NCBI GenBank assembly: GCA_046352645.1
Contig: JBJTJV010000016.1
Coordinates: 1-40,643 of the forward strand
DNA length: 40,643 bases
Origin: Chloroflexota bacterium
GTDB taxonomy: Bacteria; Chloroflexota; Limnocylindria; Limnocylindrales; CSP1-4
Direction: 5' to 3'
Made by a program: the position numbers and the translations under genes. Below the pieces are notes generated by a model. That model saw nothing but the letters and a program-made list of their open reading frames with translations, ran no database searches and was not told where the DNA came from. Below, piece after piece: positions 7,610-15,322 of the stretch. How positions within the stretch are numbered: the stretch's first letter is position 1; every line of letters starts with the position of its first letter.

Positions 7610-8599
7610 CTAGCGGCTGCCGGCCGCGGCGGCGGCCCGAACGGCTGCCCGGGCGTCGGCGGGCATGGACGTGGAGCGGTATGCGGGCTCCGCGACAGAC
7701 CGGATCGCGATCGCTGCGAGCTCCGTGGCGCGGGCGCTCTGCGCGGAATCCCCGGCGAGCTCCCAGATCCGGCGTACGACCGCCTCGAGGTCCTCGATCG
7801 GCGTGGAGGTGCCCCCGGTGACGCCGATGACGGCGCGGCCGGTGAAGGGGGCCGCATCGTCGAGATCCGCGGCGCTCTCGATCTGGATCGCCTCGCGACC
7901 GGCGATGCCGACCAGGCGGGTGAGCTCGCGCGTGTTCGCGCTCTTCCGGCCCCCGACGACGACCACGAGCTCCACGGACTCCGCGAGCTCCATCGTGTCC
8001 TGCTGGCGCCGGATGGTGACGGGGCAGACGGTGTTGACGATCTTCAGCTCGTGGCAGCGCCCGACCATGTGCGCAGCGAGCTTCTCGAACTTCCAGGGCG
8101 GTTGGGTGCTCTGGCAGATGAGCGCCATGCGCTTCTTCCGCGGGATGCGGTGCCAGTCCTCCTCCTCGTCCACGAGGATGGCGTCCGGCGCGAACCCCAG
8201 AAGCCCCACGACCTCGGGGTGACCGGGCGTCCCGAGGAGGACGATGGTGTACCCCTCCTCCACGAGCCGGGCGAGCTCGCGCTGTTCGGTGGTCACCCAG
8301 GAGCAGGTCCCGTCGATCACGTCGAGGCCGCGGCTCCGCGCGAGCTGCATCTGGTCCGGGGTCACCCCGTGGGCACGGATGACGACCGTACCGCCCTCGG
8401 GGACGGCTGCGAGGTCGTCCACGCGGCGGATGCCGCCCGCACGGAGGTCGTGGATGACGCCCTCGTTGTGGACGAGGTGGCCGAGGGTGTGCGTGGGCTT
8501 CCCCTCCGCGGCCGCGAGCCATGCGGCATCGATCGCCTCGCGGACCCCGTAGCAGAAACCGGTCCGGCGGGCGACCCGGACCTCGCGCAGCGTGCTCAT
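7610..8599 (-). CDS. ispH: 4-hydroxy-3-methylbut-2-enyl diphosphate reductase IspH (LytB)
   Basis: ORF 7610..8599. Fe-S Cys contexts GFCYGV, DGTCSWV and NTVCPV, plus HNEGV and GGRKSANT. About 50 aa of Ala-rich C-terminal tail. Confidence 0.95.
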   Translation of the reverse strand: MSTLREVRVARRTGFCYGVREAIDAAWLAAAEGKPTHTLGHLVHNEGVIHDLRAGGIRRVDDLAAVPEGGTVVIRAHGVTPDQMQLARSRGLDVIDGTCSWVTTEQRELARLVEEGYTIVLLGTPGHPEVVGLLGFAPDAILVDEEEDWHRIPRKKRMALICQSTQPPWKFEKLAAHMVGRCHELKIVNTVCPVTIRRQQDTMELAESVELVVVVGGRKSANTRELTRLVGIAGREAIQIESAADLDDAAPFTGRAVIGVTGGTSTPIEDLEAVVRRIWELAGDSAQSARATELAAIAIRSVAEPAYRSTSMPADARAAVRAAAAAGSR

Positions 8600-8636
8600 C
8601 TATGGGAAGTATCGCATCCCCGGCCGGTGCGGATGC

Positions 8637-9314
8637 TCAGGCGTCCCGGGGCTCCCCCCAGCGCCCGCGGTGGCGTGGCTCGACGAGCGCGGCGATTCGC
8701 AGCATGAGCTCGGCGTCCGCTGCAGCGAGCGCGGCGCGGCGATCGCCGCCCTCGGGGACCGACGGGGTCCATGGCGTGCCTACGCGGACCATGACCCGGA
8801 CCCGGAAGTGCGGGCGGCCGGAGCGGGGCGGCAGGAACGCGTCCGTCCCCGACACGCCGACGGGCAGGATCGGGATCGCGTGCCGCGTGGCGAGCAGCGT
8901 GACGCCGGGTCGGGGCGCCCCGAGCGTGCCGTCGCGGCTCCGGGTTCCCTCCGGGAAGATGAAGATCGGTTCCCCCGCCGCGATCACCTCGCGGGCCGCC
9001 CGGTAGGCGTCCATGTCGGCCCCGCCCGCCCGGACCGGGATGACGCCCTGGCCCCGGAGGAACCACCCGACGACGCCGCGGAAGAGCTGCTCCTTGGCGA
9101 GGAACCGCGGGCGCCGGCCGAGAGCGGGGGCGAGCCATCCGCCGACGAGCGGCGGGTCCGCGTTGCTCAGGTGGTTCGGCGCGATGATCAGCGGCCCGGA
9201 CCGCGGCACGTTGTCGAGGCCGTGGACCTCCACGCGCACAAGGATGCGCAGGATCGTCCGACAGAGCCACGCGACGAACGCGGGCCAGGCACCGAGACGC
9301 GTGCCGGCGCTCAC
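8637..9314 (-). CDS. plsC: 1-acyl-sn-glycerol-3-phosphate acyltransferase (PlsC family)
   Basis: ORF 8637..9314. HX4D motif NHLSNAD and FPEGTRS. GTG start overlaps the upstream stop (GTGA). Confidence 0.9.
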   Translation of the reverse strand: MSAGTRLGAWPAFVAWLCRTILRILVRVEVHGLDNVPRSGPLIIAPNHLSNADPPLVGGWLAPALGRRPRFLAKEQLFRGVVGWFLRGQGVIPVRAGGADMDAYRAAREVIAAGEPIFIFPEGTRSRDGTLGAPRPGVTLLATRHAIPILPVGVSGTDAFLPPRSGRPHFRVRVMVRVGTPWTPSVPEGGDRRAALAAADAELMLRIAALVEPRHRGRWGEPRDA

Positions 9315-10882
9315 CGGGAACCCTCGGTGCGCTCCGCCGTGCGGATGGCCGCGACGACGGCCGCGACGGTCCGGTCGAGGTCGAGCCCGTCCGCTGCGAT
9401 CACGTGCGCGCCGTCGGGGATCCGCAGTGGCGCGACGGCACGCTCGCGGTCCCGACCGTCGCGCCGATCGAGGTCCTCGCGGATGGCGATCCCGTCGGGC
9501 CCGTCGGGCGCGAGCCCGCGCTGGCGTGCGCGCCGGGCGGCGCGCTCCGCGAGCGAGACCTCGAGCCAGATGCGCAGGTCCGCGTCCGGCAGGACGACGG
9601 TGCCGATGTCCCGCCCGGCCATCACGATCGCGCCCCCGGTGGCGAGCGCGCGCTGCACCGGCAGGAGGGCGGCCCGGACGGCCGCGTCCTCCGCCACCAC
9701 AGAGACCACGCGGTCCACGGCCGCGGTGTGCAGCGCGCCCGTGACGTCAGCGCCGTCGAGCAGGACCCGCGCGAGCCGGCCCGCCGCGTCCGAGGCAAGG
9801 CGGATCCGCGGCACGAGCGCGACGAGCGCTGCGCTCTCCGCGGGGTCCGCGCCCGTGAGGAGCGCGGCGTGCGCGAGCGCCCGGTAGAGGATCCCCGTAT
9901 CGCAGAAGCGGTAGCCCACCGCGGCTGCCGCGGCCGCGCCCACGCTGCTCTTGCCGCTCGCCCCCGGCCCATCGATGCTCACCACGACGCGTCGGCGCGG
10001 CGCGGGCCTGCCGCGGCCCGCCGATGCTGCGCCCTCCACGGCCGGCGGCAGCCTCGCCCGGCCGTGGTCGCCGGCGCGGGGCGCGCCGGCACCCTGACCG
10101 CCCGCACCCTGCCCGCCCGCCAGCCTGTCCCGCTCGGCGGCGCTGAGCGGGCGGACGGCTCCCGCGGCGAGGTCGTCCAGGCGCAGGCTGCCGATGCGGA
10201 CGCGGACGAGCCGCACGACCGACGCGCCGACCGCCGCGAACATCCGCCGGACCTGGCGCTTCCAGCCCTGGGTGAGGGTGACGCGCACCCACGTGAGGTC
10301 ACGCGACCCGATGCCGGTGAGCGCGTCCAAACGGGCCGTCTCGGGATCGGTCGCCGGACGCATCGCGCGGACCGTCGCGATGCCCTCGTCAAGGGCGATG
10401 CCCGCGCGCAGGTCGGCGACCTGCTCGAGTGTCAGGGGCGCGGCGAGACCGACCGCGTACTCGCGCTCCACGCCGTAGCGGGGATGCAGGACGCGGTCCG
10501 CCCAGGCCCCATCGTTCGTCAGGAGGAGCAGGCCCTCGCTGTCCACGTCGAGGCGGCCGACCGGGTAGAGGCGCGGCGCACCCCGCCGCAGCTCGGCCGG
10601 CACGAGCTCGATGACCGTCCGGAGCGCGTGCCGGTCGGCGACGGTGCTCGTCACGCCCGCGGGCTTGTGGAGCGCGAGGTGGACCGGGGTCGCCCGGGCG
10701 CCGATCTCGCGGTCGTCCACGGCGATCCGGTCGATGGCGGGATCCACCCGCTCGCCGGTCACGGCCGGACGGCCGTTCACCCGGACGCGCCCCGCGGCTA
10801 CGAGCGCATCGGCGCCGCGGCGCGAGGCGACGCCTGCGTCCGCGAGGACCTTCTGGATCCGGACCGCCTCAGACACCGGCAT
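9311..10882 (-). CDS. rluB/cmk: Fusion ORF: pseudouridine synthase RluB (S4 plus RsuA/RluB catalytic domain) joined in frame to cytidylate kinase Cmk
   Basis: ORF 9311..11155 trimmed to ATG 10882 (MPVSEAVRIQKVLADAGVASRRG, S4 domain). Catalytic motif YPVGRLDVDSEGLLLLTNDG, then a Gly/Ala/Arg linker, then a Cmk P-loop VVVSIDGPGASGKSS from about 9985 and GRDIGTVV. No stop codon lies between the two modules. In-frame GTG GTG at 9985-9980 could also act as an internal start. Confidence 0.85.
   Translation of the reverse strand: MPVSEAVRIQKVLADAGVASRRGADALVAAGRVRVNGRPAVTGERVDPAIDRIAVDDREIGARATPVHLALHKPAGVTSTVADRHALRTVIELVPAELRRGAPRLYPVGRLDVDSEGLLLLTNDGAWADRVLHPRYGVEREYAVGLAAPLTLEQVADLRAGIALDEGIATVRAMRPATDPETARLDALTGIGSRDLTWVRVTLTQGWKRQVRRMFAAVGASVVRLVRVRIGSLRLDDLAAGAVRPLSAAERDRLAGGQGAGGQGAGAPRAGDHGRARLPPAVEGAASAGRGRPAPRRRVVVSIDGPGASGKSSVGAAAAAAVGYRFCDTGILYRALAHAALLTGADPAESAALVALVPRIRLASDAAGRLARVLLDGADVTGALHTAAVDRVVSVVAEDAAVRAALLPVQRALATGGAIVMAGRDIGTVVLPDADLRIWLEVSLAERAARRARQRGLAPDGPDGIAIREDLDRRDGRDRERAVAPLRIPDGAHVIAADGLDLDRTVAAVVAAIRTAERTEGSR
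10089..10118 (-). repeat. Tandem 15-nt direct repeat (2 copies, 1 mismatch) inside the RluB-Cmk linker
   Basis: Plus strand gcaccctgaccgccc / gcaccctgcccgccc. On the coding strand this encodes GGQGAGGQGAG. Confidence 0.85.
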
Positions 10883-11609
10883 CGTCCGCGAGGACGGCCG
10901 GGCGGGCATCTGTCGCCTCGGCGGCCCAGAGACCTGCGGGGGCATCCGGCGCGTCGGCTTCCTCGATCTCCCCCGCGGCGAGGCGCGCGGCGATCTCCGC
11001 GTCGAGGACGGGCAGGTCATCGAGCGAGGTGAGGCCGAAGCGCTCCATGAACTCCATCGTCGTCCCGTAGAGGATCGGTCGGCCCGGGGTCTCGGCACGC
11101 CCCTGTTCCACGATGAGCCGGCGATGGAGGAGGCCGCGGAGGGCGTGCTCGGCATCCACGCCGCGGATCCGCTCGATGACGCCCCGCGTCACCGGCTGGC
11201 GCCACGCGACGATGGCGAGCGTTTCGAGGGCGGCGGGCCCCAGCCGCGGGCCGCTGCCGCCGATGTACCGCGCGATGAGCGGCCCGGCGGTGGGAGCGGT
11301 CGCAAGCTCGACGAGGTCGCCGCTCGTGACGAGCCGGATGCCGCGCTCGCGGAGCACCACCTCGAGATCGCCGAGGAGCCCGTCCGTCGCATCGGCGTCG
11401 AGGCCGCAGATCCGGCCGATCTCGGCCCGCGTCAGCGGTCGCTCGGCGACGAAGAGGAGCGCCTCGAGCTCGGCCACACCGACGACGAGGGTGCCTGCGC
11501 CGTCGGCAGGCGCCGCGGCGTCCGTACCGCTCGGTACGTGCACGGCGCCGGCATCCCCGCCGTCCGTCTCCCCGGGCGCGGGCCGCAGGGCTTCTTCCGG
11601 CGCGCTCAC
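10869..11609 (-). CDS. scpB: Segregation and condensation protein B (ScpB)
   Basis: ORF 10869..11654 trimmed to GTG 11609 (GTGA overlap with the scpA stop). Sequence LEALLFVAERPLTRAEI...ETLAIVAWRQPVTRGVIERIRGVD...GRPILYGTTMEFMERFGL. Confidence 0.9.
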   Translation of the reverse strand: MSAPEEALRPAPGETDGGDAGAVHVPSGTDAAAPADGAGTLVVGVAELEALLFVAERPLTRAEIGRICGLDADATDGLLGDLEVVLRERGIRLVTSGDLVELATAPTAGPLIARYIGGSGPRLGPAALETLAIVAWRQPVTRGVIERIRGVDAEHALRGLLHRRLIVEQGRAETPGRPILYGTTMEFMERFGLTSLDDLPVLDAEIAARLAAGEIEEADAPDAPAGLWAAEATDARPAVLADDAGV

Positions 11610-12448
11610 CCCGCGGCCTCCGGCGTGCGGCGGATGCAGCGGATCGGTCCCCATGGGATCTCCTGCTCGAGGGTGACCTCACGCATCTTCGCCATCTCGA
11701 GGACCGCGAGGAAGGTGATCGCGATGACGACGCGGTCGCGGGCGCCCCGGAGGAGCTCCTGGAGGACGACCACGGGTGCGCCCCCGAGGGCGCGCCGGAC
11801 GATCGCGGCCCGCTCCTCCATCGTGACGGCCCGCCGGACGACGGCGACCGGCGGTGGCGGCGGCGGGACGACGCGGAAGGCGCGCGTCAGGGCGCGGACG
11901 AGCAGCTCCGGGTCCATCCGCGGCAGCTCCGGCTCGACGGCGCCGACCCGCGCCGCGGCCGCCGCGACCGCGGGCGCGCGCGGGAAGAGGACCGGGCCGC
12001 GCGCGAGCCGGTCCGCGAGGAGGCGCGCGCGGTCGCGGACGCGCCGGTACTCCAGGAGTCGGCGCCGGAGCTCCTCCTCGGGATCCGGTCCGTCGTCCAC
12101 GAGGGCCGCCTGCACGGGCGGTCGCGGCAGCATCGCCCGGCTCTTGATGAGGATGAGCTGCGAGGCGACGGTGATGAAGGCGGAGATGTGCGGCAGCTGC
12201 GTCTCCTCGAGCGCGCTCACGGCGTCGAGGAAGGAGGCGGCGAGGTCGCCGAGCGGCACGGTGAGGATGTCGAGCTTCCGCTGCTCGATGAGGCCCAGGA
12301 GGAGCGCGAGCGGGCCGTCGAACCCGCCGAGCGCCACGAACGCGGCGCGATCGGGCGGCAGGTCGTCCGCGATGCGGATCGCGGCGCGCGCCGGCTCGGG
12401 CAGCGCGAGGTCCGGCAAGGTAGCGCCGAGGGTGCGCGGGCCGCTCAC
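11606..12448 (-). CDS. scpA: Segregation and condensation protein A (ScpA)
   Basis: ORF 11606..12670 trimmed to GTG 12448 (GTGA overlap). Sequence FDGPLALLLGLIEQRKLDILTVPLGDL...ITVASQLILIKSRAMLP...ITFLAVLEMAKMREV. Confidence 0.9.
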   Translation of the reverse strand: MSGPRTLGATLPDLALPEPARAAIRIADDLPPDRAAFVALGGFDGPLALLLGLIEQRKLDILTVPLGDLAASFLDAVSALEETQLPHISAFITVASQLILIKSRAMLPRPPVQAALVDDGPDPEEELRRRLLEYRRVRDRARLLADRLARGPVLFPRAPAVAAAAARVGAVEPELPRMDPELLVRALTRAFRVVPPPPPPVAVVRRAVTMEERAAIVRRALGGAPVVVLQELLRGARDRVVIAITFLAVLEMAKMREVTLEQEIPWGPIRCIRRTPEAAG

Positions 12449-12945
12449 CCCGCCGCCTCGTCCGCGAGGTGCAGCGCGCGCGCCGCGGGCTCCTCGGGCG
12501 CGGACTGCGCGGCGATCAGCGCGACGACACGCGGCCGGGCGCCCGCCTCCGCGGCGAGGCGCGCCGAGACGACGACGTGGTCGCGCATCCGGGCAACGCC
12601 ACCGCGCAGGCCGGGGATGCGCAGCGCGACGGCGTGGATCGCCGTCCCGTGGCGTTCGCCGAGCGCCCACGCGATCCGCGGTGCGAGGCCGGTCCGGGGT
12701 CCCTTGCCCGCGTCGTGCAGCAGCGCGGCGACGAGGAGGTCCGGGTCGCGCTCGCCCGCCGCGAGGAGCGCGTCGCGGACGACGATGCCGTGGCGCCGGT
12801 CCGCGACGTGCAGGGAATCGAAGAGCGCGAGCTCACGCGGCGAGAGGAGCGTGGCGAGCCCGGCACGCTCCGCGAGGGAGACGCGGGCGGTGAGGTGGAC
12901 CCGGACCCGGTGCGTCTTGCCCGCCCACCACGCGAGGACGCTCAC
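12445..12945 (-). CDS. Small HD-domain metal-dependent phosphohydrolase-like protein
   Basis: C-terminal 166 codons of ORF 12445..13551, starting at GTG 12945 (GTGA overlap with the M50 stop). His at HVADRRHG and the HD dyad in LLHDAGKG. Confidence 0.7.
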   Translation of the reverse strand: MSVLAWWAGKTHRVRVHLTARVSLAERAGLATLLSPRELALFDSLHVADRRHGIVVRDALLAAGERDPDLLVAALLHDAGKGPRTGLAPRIAWALGERHGTAIHAVALRIPGLRGGVARMRDHVVVSARLAAEAGARPRVVALIAAQSAPEEPAARALHLADEAAG

Positions 12946-13631
12946 GCGACCACCGGGACGAGGTAGGCGGGCCCGCCGAGGAGCAGATCGAGCAGCCGTC
13001 CCACGATCGGCGCGATGAGCGGGGGCCCGAGGAGGATGATCGCGATGAGGAACGCGAACGGGAGCACGTTGGCGTACCGGGCTTCGAGCTCCCGCAGCTG
13101 CCAGGCGGTGCGCGGTGGGACGAGGCCCCCGAGGACCTTCCACCCATCGAGCGGGGGGATGGGCAGGAGGTTGAAGACCGCGAGCGTGCAGTTGACGATG
13201 ACGAAGAAGAGCGCGACGTTCAGCGCGATCGCGACCGGTGCGGGGTAGAGCGTGTCGGCACCCATCAGGAAGCGGAGCGGCAGCGCGACCACGGCCGCCA
13301 TCACCAGGTTCGCGGCCGGTCCGGCCAGGGCCACGAGCGCCTCGCCGTGGCGGGCGCGCCGGAGGTTGGCGGGGTTCACGGGGGTCGGCCGGGCGTAGCC
13401 GAAGGTCGCCGTGCCGCCGCTCAGGAGCGTCGTGATGACGAGGAGGAAGGCGCCGGCCCGGTCGAGGTGGACCCGAGGGTCGAGCGAGAGCCGTCCCTGC
13501 CAGCGGGCGGTGGCATCGCCCAGCCGCCAGGCCGCGAAGGCGTGGCTCCACTCGTGGACAGGGAACCCCACGAGCAGCATCACCCCGCAGGCGACGAGCG
13601 CGTAAAGCAGCTGCGGTGTGAGGTCGAGCAT
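12942..13631 (-). CDS. Site-2 protease family (peptidase M50) membrane metalloprotease
   Basis: ORF 12942..13703 trimmed to ATG 13631 (MLDLTPQLLYALV). HExxH as VHEWSHAFAA and the second motif FNLLPIPPLDG. Multiple TM helices. Confidence 0.88.
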   Translation of the reverse strand: MLDLTPQLLYALVACGVMLLVGFPVHEWSHAFAAWRLGDATARWQGRLSLDPRVHLDRAGAFLLVITTLLSGGTATFGYARPTPVNPANLRRARHGEALVALAGPAANLVMAAVVALPLRFLMGADTLYPAPVAIALNVALFFVIVNCTLAVFNLLPIPPLDGWKVLGGLVPPRTAWQLRELEARYANVLPFAFLIAIILLGPPLIAPIVGRLLDLLLGGPAYLVPVVA

Positions 13632-13644
13632 CGCCGGGTGCCGG

Positions 13645-14349
13645 TCAGATCCGGCCGAGCAGGTCCTGCTTCTTCGCCTCGTAGTCCTCGGCGGAGATCG
13701 CACCGCGGTCCCGGAGCTCGGCGAGCTGGGCTAGCGCGGCGCTCACCTCGTCCGCGGTGTCGATGCGGCCGTTCCCGGCGAGCGGGGCAGGCGCAGGGCG
13801 CGCGACCCCGTTGCCGTTGCCGCCCACCGGGCCGTTCGCCATCCCCGTCTCGAGCGCGTGCTTCGCCTCGAGCATCCGCTTCTTGAAGTCCTTCGCGTGG
13901 GCGAGCATGCGGTAGCGGTCCACGGCGATGTCCGCCGCGGTGAGGATGTCCAGGTCCCCGTAGTCGAGGATGCGACCGATGAGGTTCTCCTCGAGGATCG
14001 CGTCGTTGATCTTCTCCAGCGAGGAATCGGCGGAGCGCTTGTTGATGATCCCGGTCACCTTCATGAGCCGGCGGTTCGTGATGAGGTACTCCTCCGTCCG
14101 CCATTGCCACCAGTGCCACACGAGGAGGAGGATGCCCACGCCGACGGCCGCCCAGAAGACCCACCCGACGACGTCGCCACCCAGCGCGCCCGCCGGGACG
14201 AGGGAGAAGTGGAGCAGCAGCGCGACGATGGCCACGGCCCAGCTGAGCAGCCCGAAACGGCTGTTCAGGATGAGCGAGAGCACGTGCTGATGCGATCGGT
14301 GGACGACGATCTCGCCCGGTGCGAGGAGCGTCTCCGCGTAGCTGCCCAT
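13645..14349 (-). CDS. Membrane protein with a bacterial PH (YdbT/DUF304-like) domain and a C-terminal SHOCT domain
   Basis: ORF 13645..14349. Two TM helices followed by WRTEEYLITNRRLMKVTGIINKRSADSSLEKINDA (bPH-like). C-terminal ELRDRGAISAEDYEAKKQDLLGRI (SHOCT-like). Strong SD GGAGGAGGGA upstream. Confidence 0.8.
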   Translation of the reverse strand: MGSYAETLLAPGEIVVHRSHQHVLSLILNSRFGLLSWAVAIVALLLHFSLVPAGALGGDVVGWVFWAAVGVGILLLVWHWWQWRTEEYLITNRRLMKVTGIINKRSADSSLEKINDAILEENLIGRILDYGDLDILTAADIAVDRYRMLAHAKDFKKRMLEAKHALETGMANGPVGGNGNGVARPAPAPLAGNGRIDTADEVSAALAQLAELRDRGAISAEDYEAKKQDLLGRI

Positions 14350-14374
14350 CGTTCCCTCCTCCGTGTTCGCCGCT

Positions 14375-15322
14375 CTAGGCCCGGGGATGCGCCCGCGCGT
14401 AGACCTGCCGGATCCGCTCCCTGCTCACGTGCGTGTAGATCTCGGTCGTCGCGATCGTGACGTGCCCGAGGAGCTCCTGCACGACCCGCAGGTCCGCACC
14501 GCCTTCGAGCAGGTGCGTTGCGAAACTATGCCGCAACGTGTGCGGGGAGACCTGCTGCGCGAGACCGGCCCGTTCCGCGGCCCGTCGGATCGCGCGCCAG
14601 GCCTCCGTTCGGCCGAGCCGGCCGCCGCGCGCCGCGAGGAAGAGCGGCATGCCGTCCGCGGCTCCTTCAGGGCGCACACCCAGGTAGCGGGCGAGGGCGT
14701 CGAGCGCGACCTCCCCGACGGGGACCTGCCGCTCGCGGTCCTGCTTGCCGATGACACGCACGGTGCCACGCGGGAAGGAGAGGTCACCGACGTCCAGCCC
14801 GAGCGCCTCGGAGATCCGCAGGCCGGCACCGTAGAGGAGCTCGAGCAGGGCGCGGTCCCGCAGGCCGGCGGGCGCAGCCGGATCGGGGGCATCGAGGAGC
14901 GCGGCGACGTCGTCCACGCCGAGGACATCGGGGATCCGGCGCTCGGCACGGGGCAGGTCGATGCGCGGGCCGATCGCGCGCTCGGTCCAGCCTTCCGCGT
15001 CCGCGAACTGGTAGAAGGCCTTCAGCGCGGCCGTCTTCCGGCGCAGGCTCGCGGGACGGAGCCCGTGCGGTGGCCTGCGGAGCGCAGCGAGCCAGGCGCG
15101 TGGCAGCTCGGCGTCCCGGTCCCAGGCGCTCGCCCGCCCGACGGCCGCCGCGTACTGCGCGAGGTCGGTCGCGTAGGCGCGCAGCGTCGCGGACGCCAGG
15201 AGCCGCTCGACCCGCAGGTGGTCGAGCCAGGCCGCCACCGCGGCACCGAGAGGGTCGGCGCCCGCGGCAACGACCGCATCCGCCGCCACGCGCCCGGCTG
15301 CCGGGGCCGGGGGCTCAGCCAC
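14375..15322 (-). CDS. xerD: Tyrosine recombinase XerD
   Basis: ORF 14375..15391 trimmed to GTG 15322 (8-nt overlap with recN). Sequence ATLRAYATDLAQY, LELLYGAGLRISEAL, HTLRHSFATHLLEGGADLRVVQELLGHVTIATTEIYTHV, covering the R, H-x-x-R, H and Y catalytic residues. Context is recN and scpAB. Confidence 0.9.
   Translation of the reverse strand: MAEPPAPAAGRVAADAVVAAGADPLGAAVAAWLDHLRVERLLASATLRAYATDLAQYAAAVGRASAWDRDAELPRAWLAALRRPPHGLRPASLRRKTAALKAFYQFADAEGWTERAIGPRIDLPRAERRIPDVLGVDDVAALLDAPDPAAPAGLRDRALLELLYGAGLRISEALGLDVGDLSFPRGTVRVIGKQDRERQVPVGEVALDALARYLGVRPEGAADGMPLFLAARGGRLGRTEAWRAIRRAAERAGLAQQVSPHTLRHSFATHLLEGGADLRVVQELLGHVTIATTEIYTHVSRERIRQVYARAHPRA

Noticed and set aside
8614-8636. A short hairpin GCATCC...GGATGC immediately downstream of plsC, and small hairpins in the dxs 5' region (20590-20630) that might be attenuators or riboswitches.
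   Set aside because: The stems are only 5-6 bp, lack U-tracts and have no resemblance to any riboswitch class I know. In GC-rich DNA such palindromes arise by chance.
14375-15322. The tyrosine recombinase as a marker of a mobile element or phage.
   Set aside because: The sequence and context (recN upstream, scpAB downstream, as in Mycobacterium) fit the chromosomal dimer-resolution recombinase XerD. There are no flanking repeats or cargo genes.
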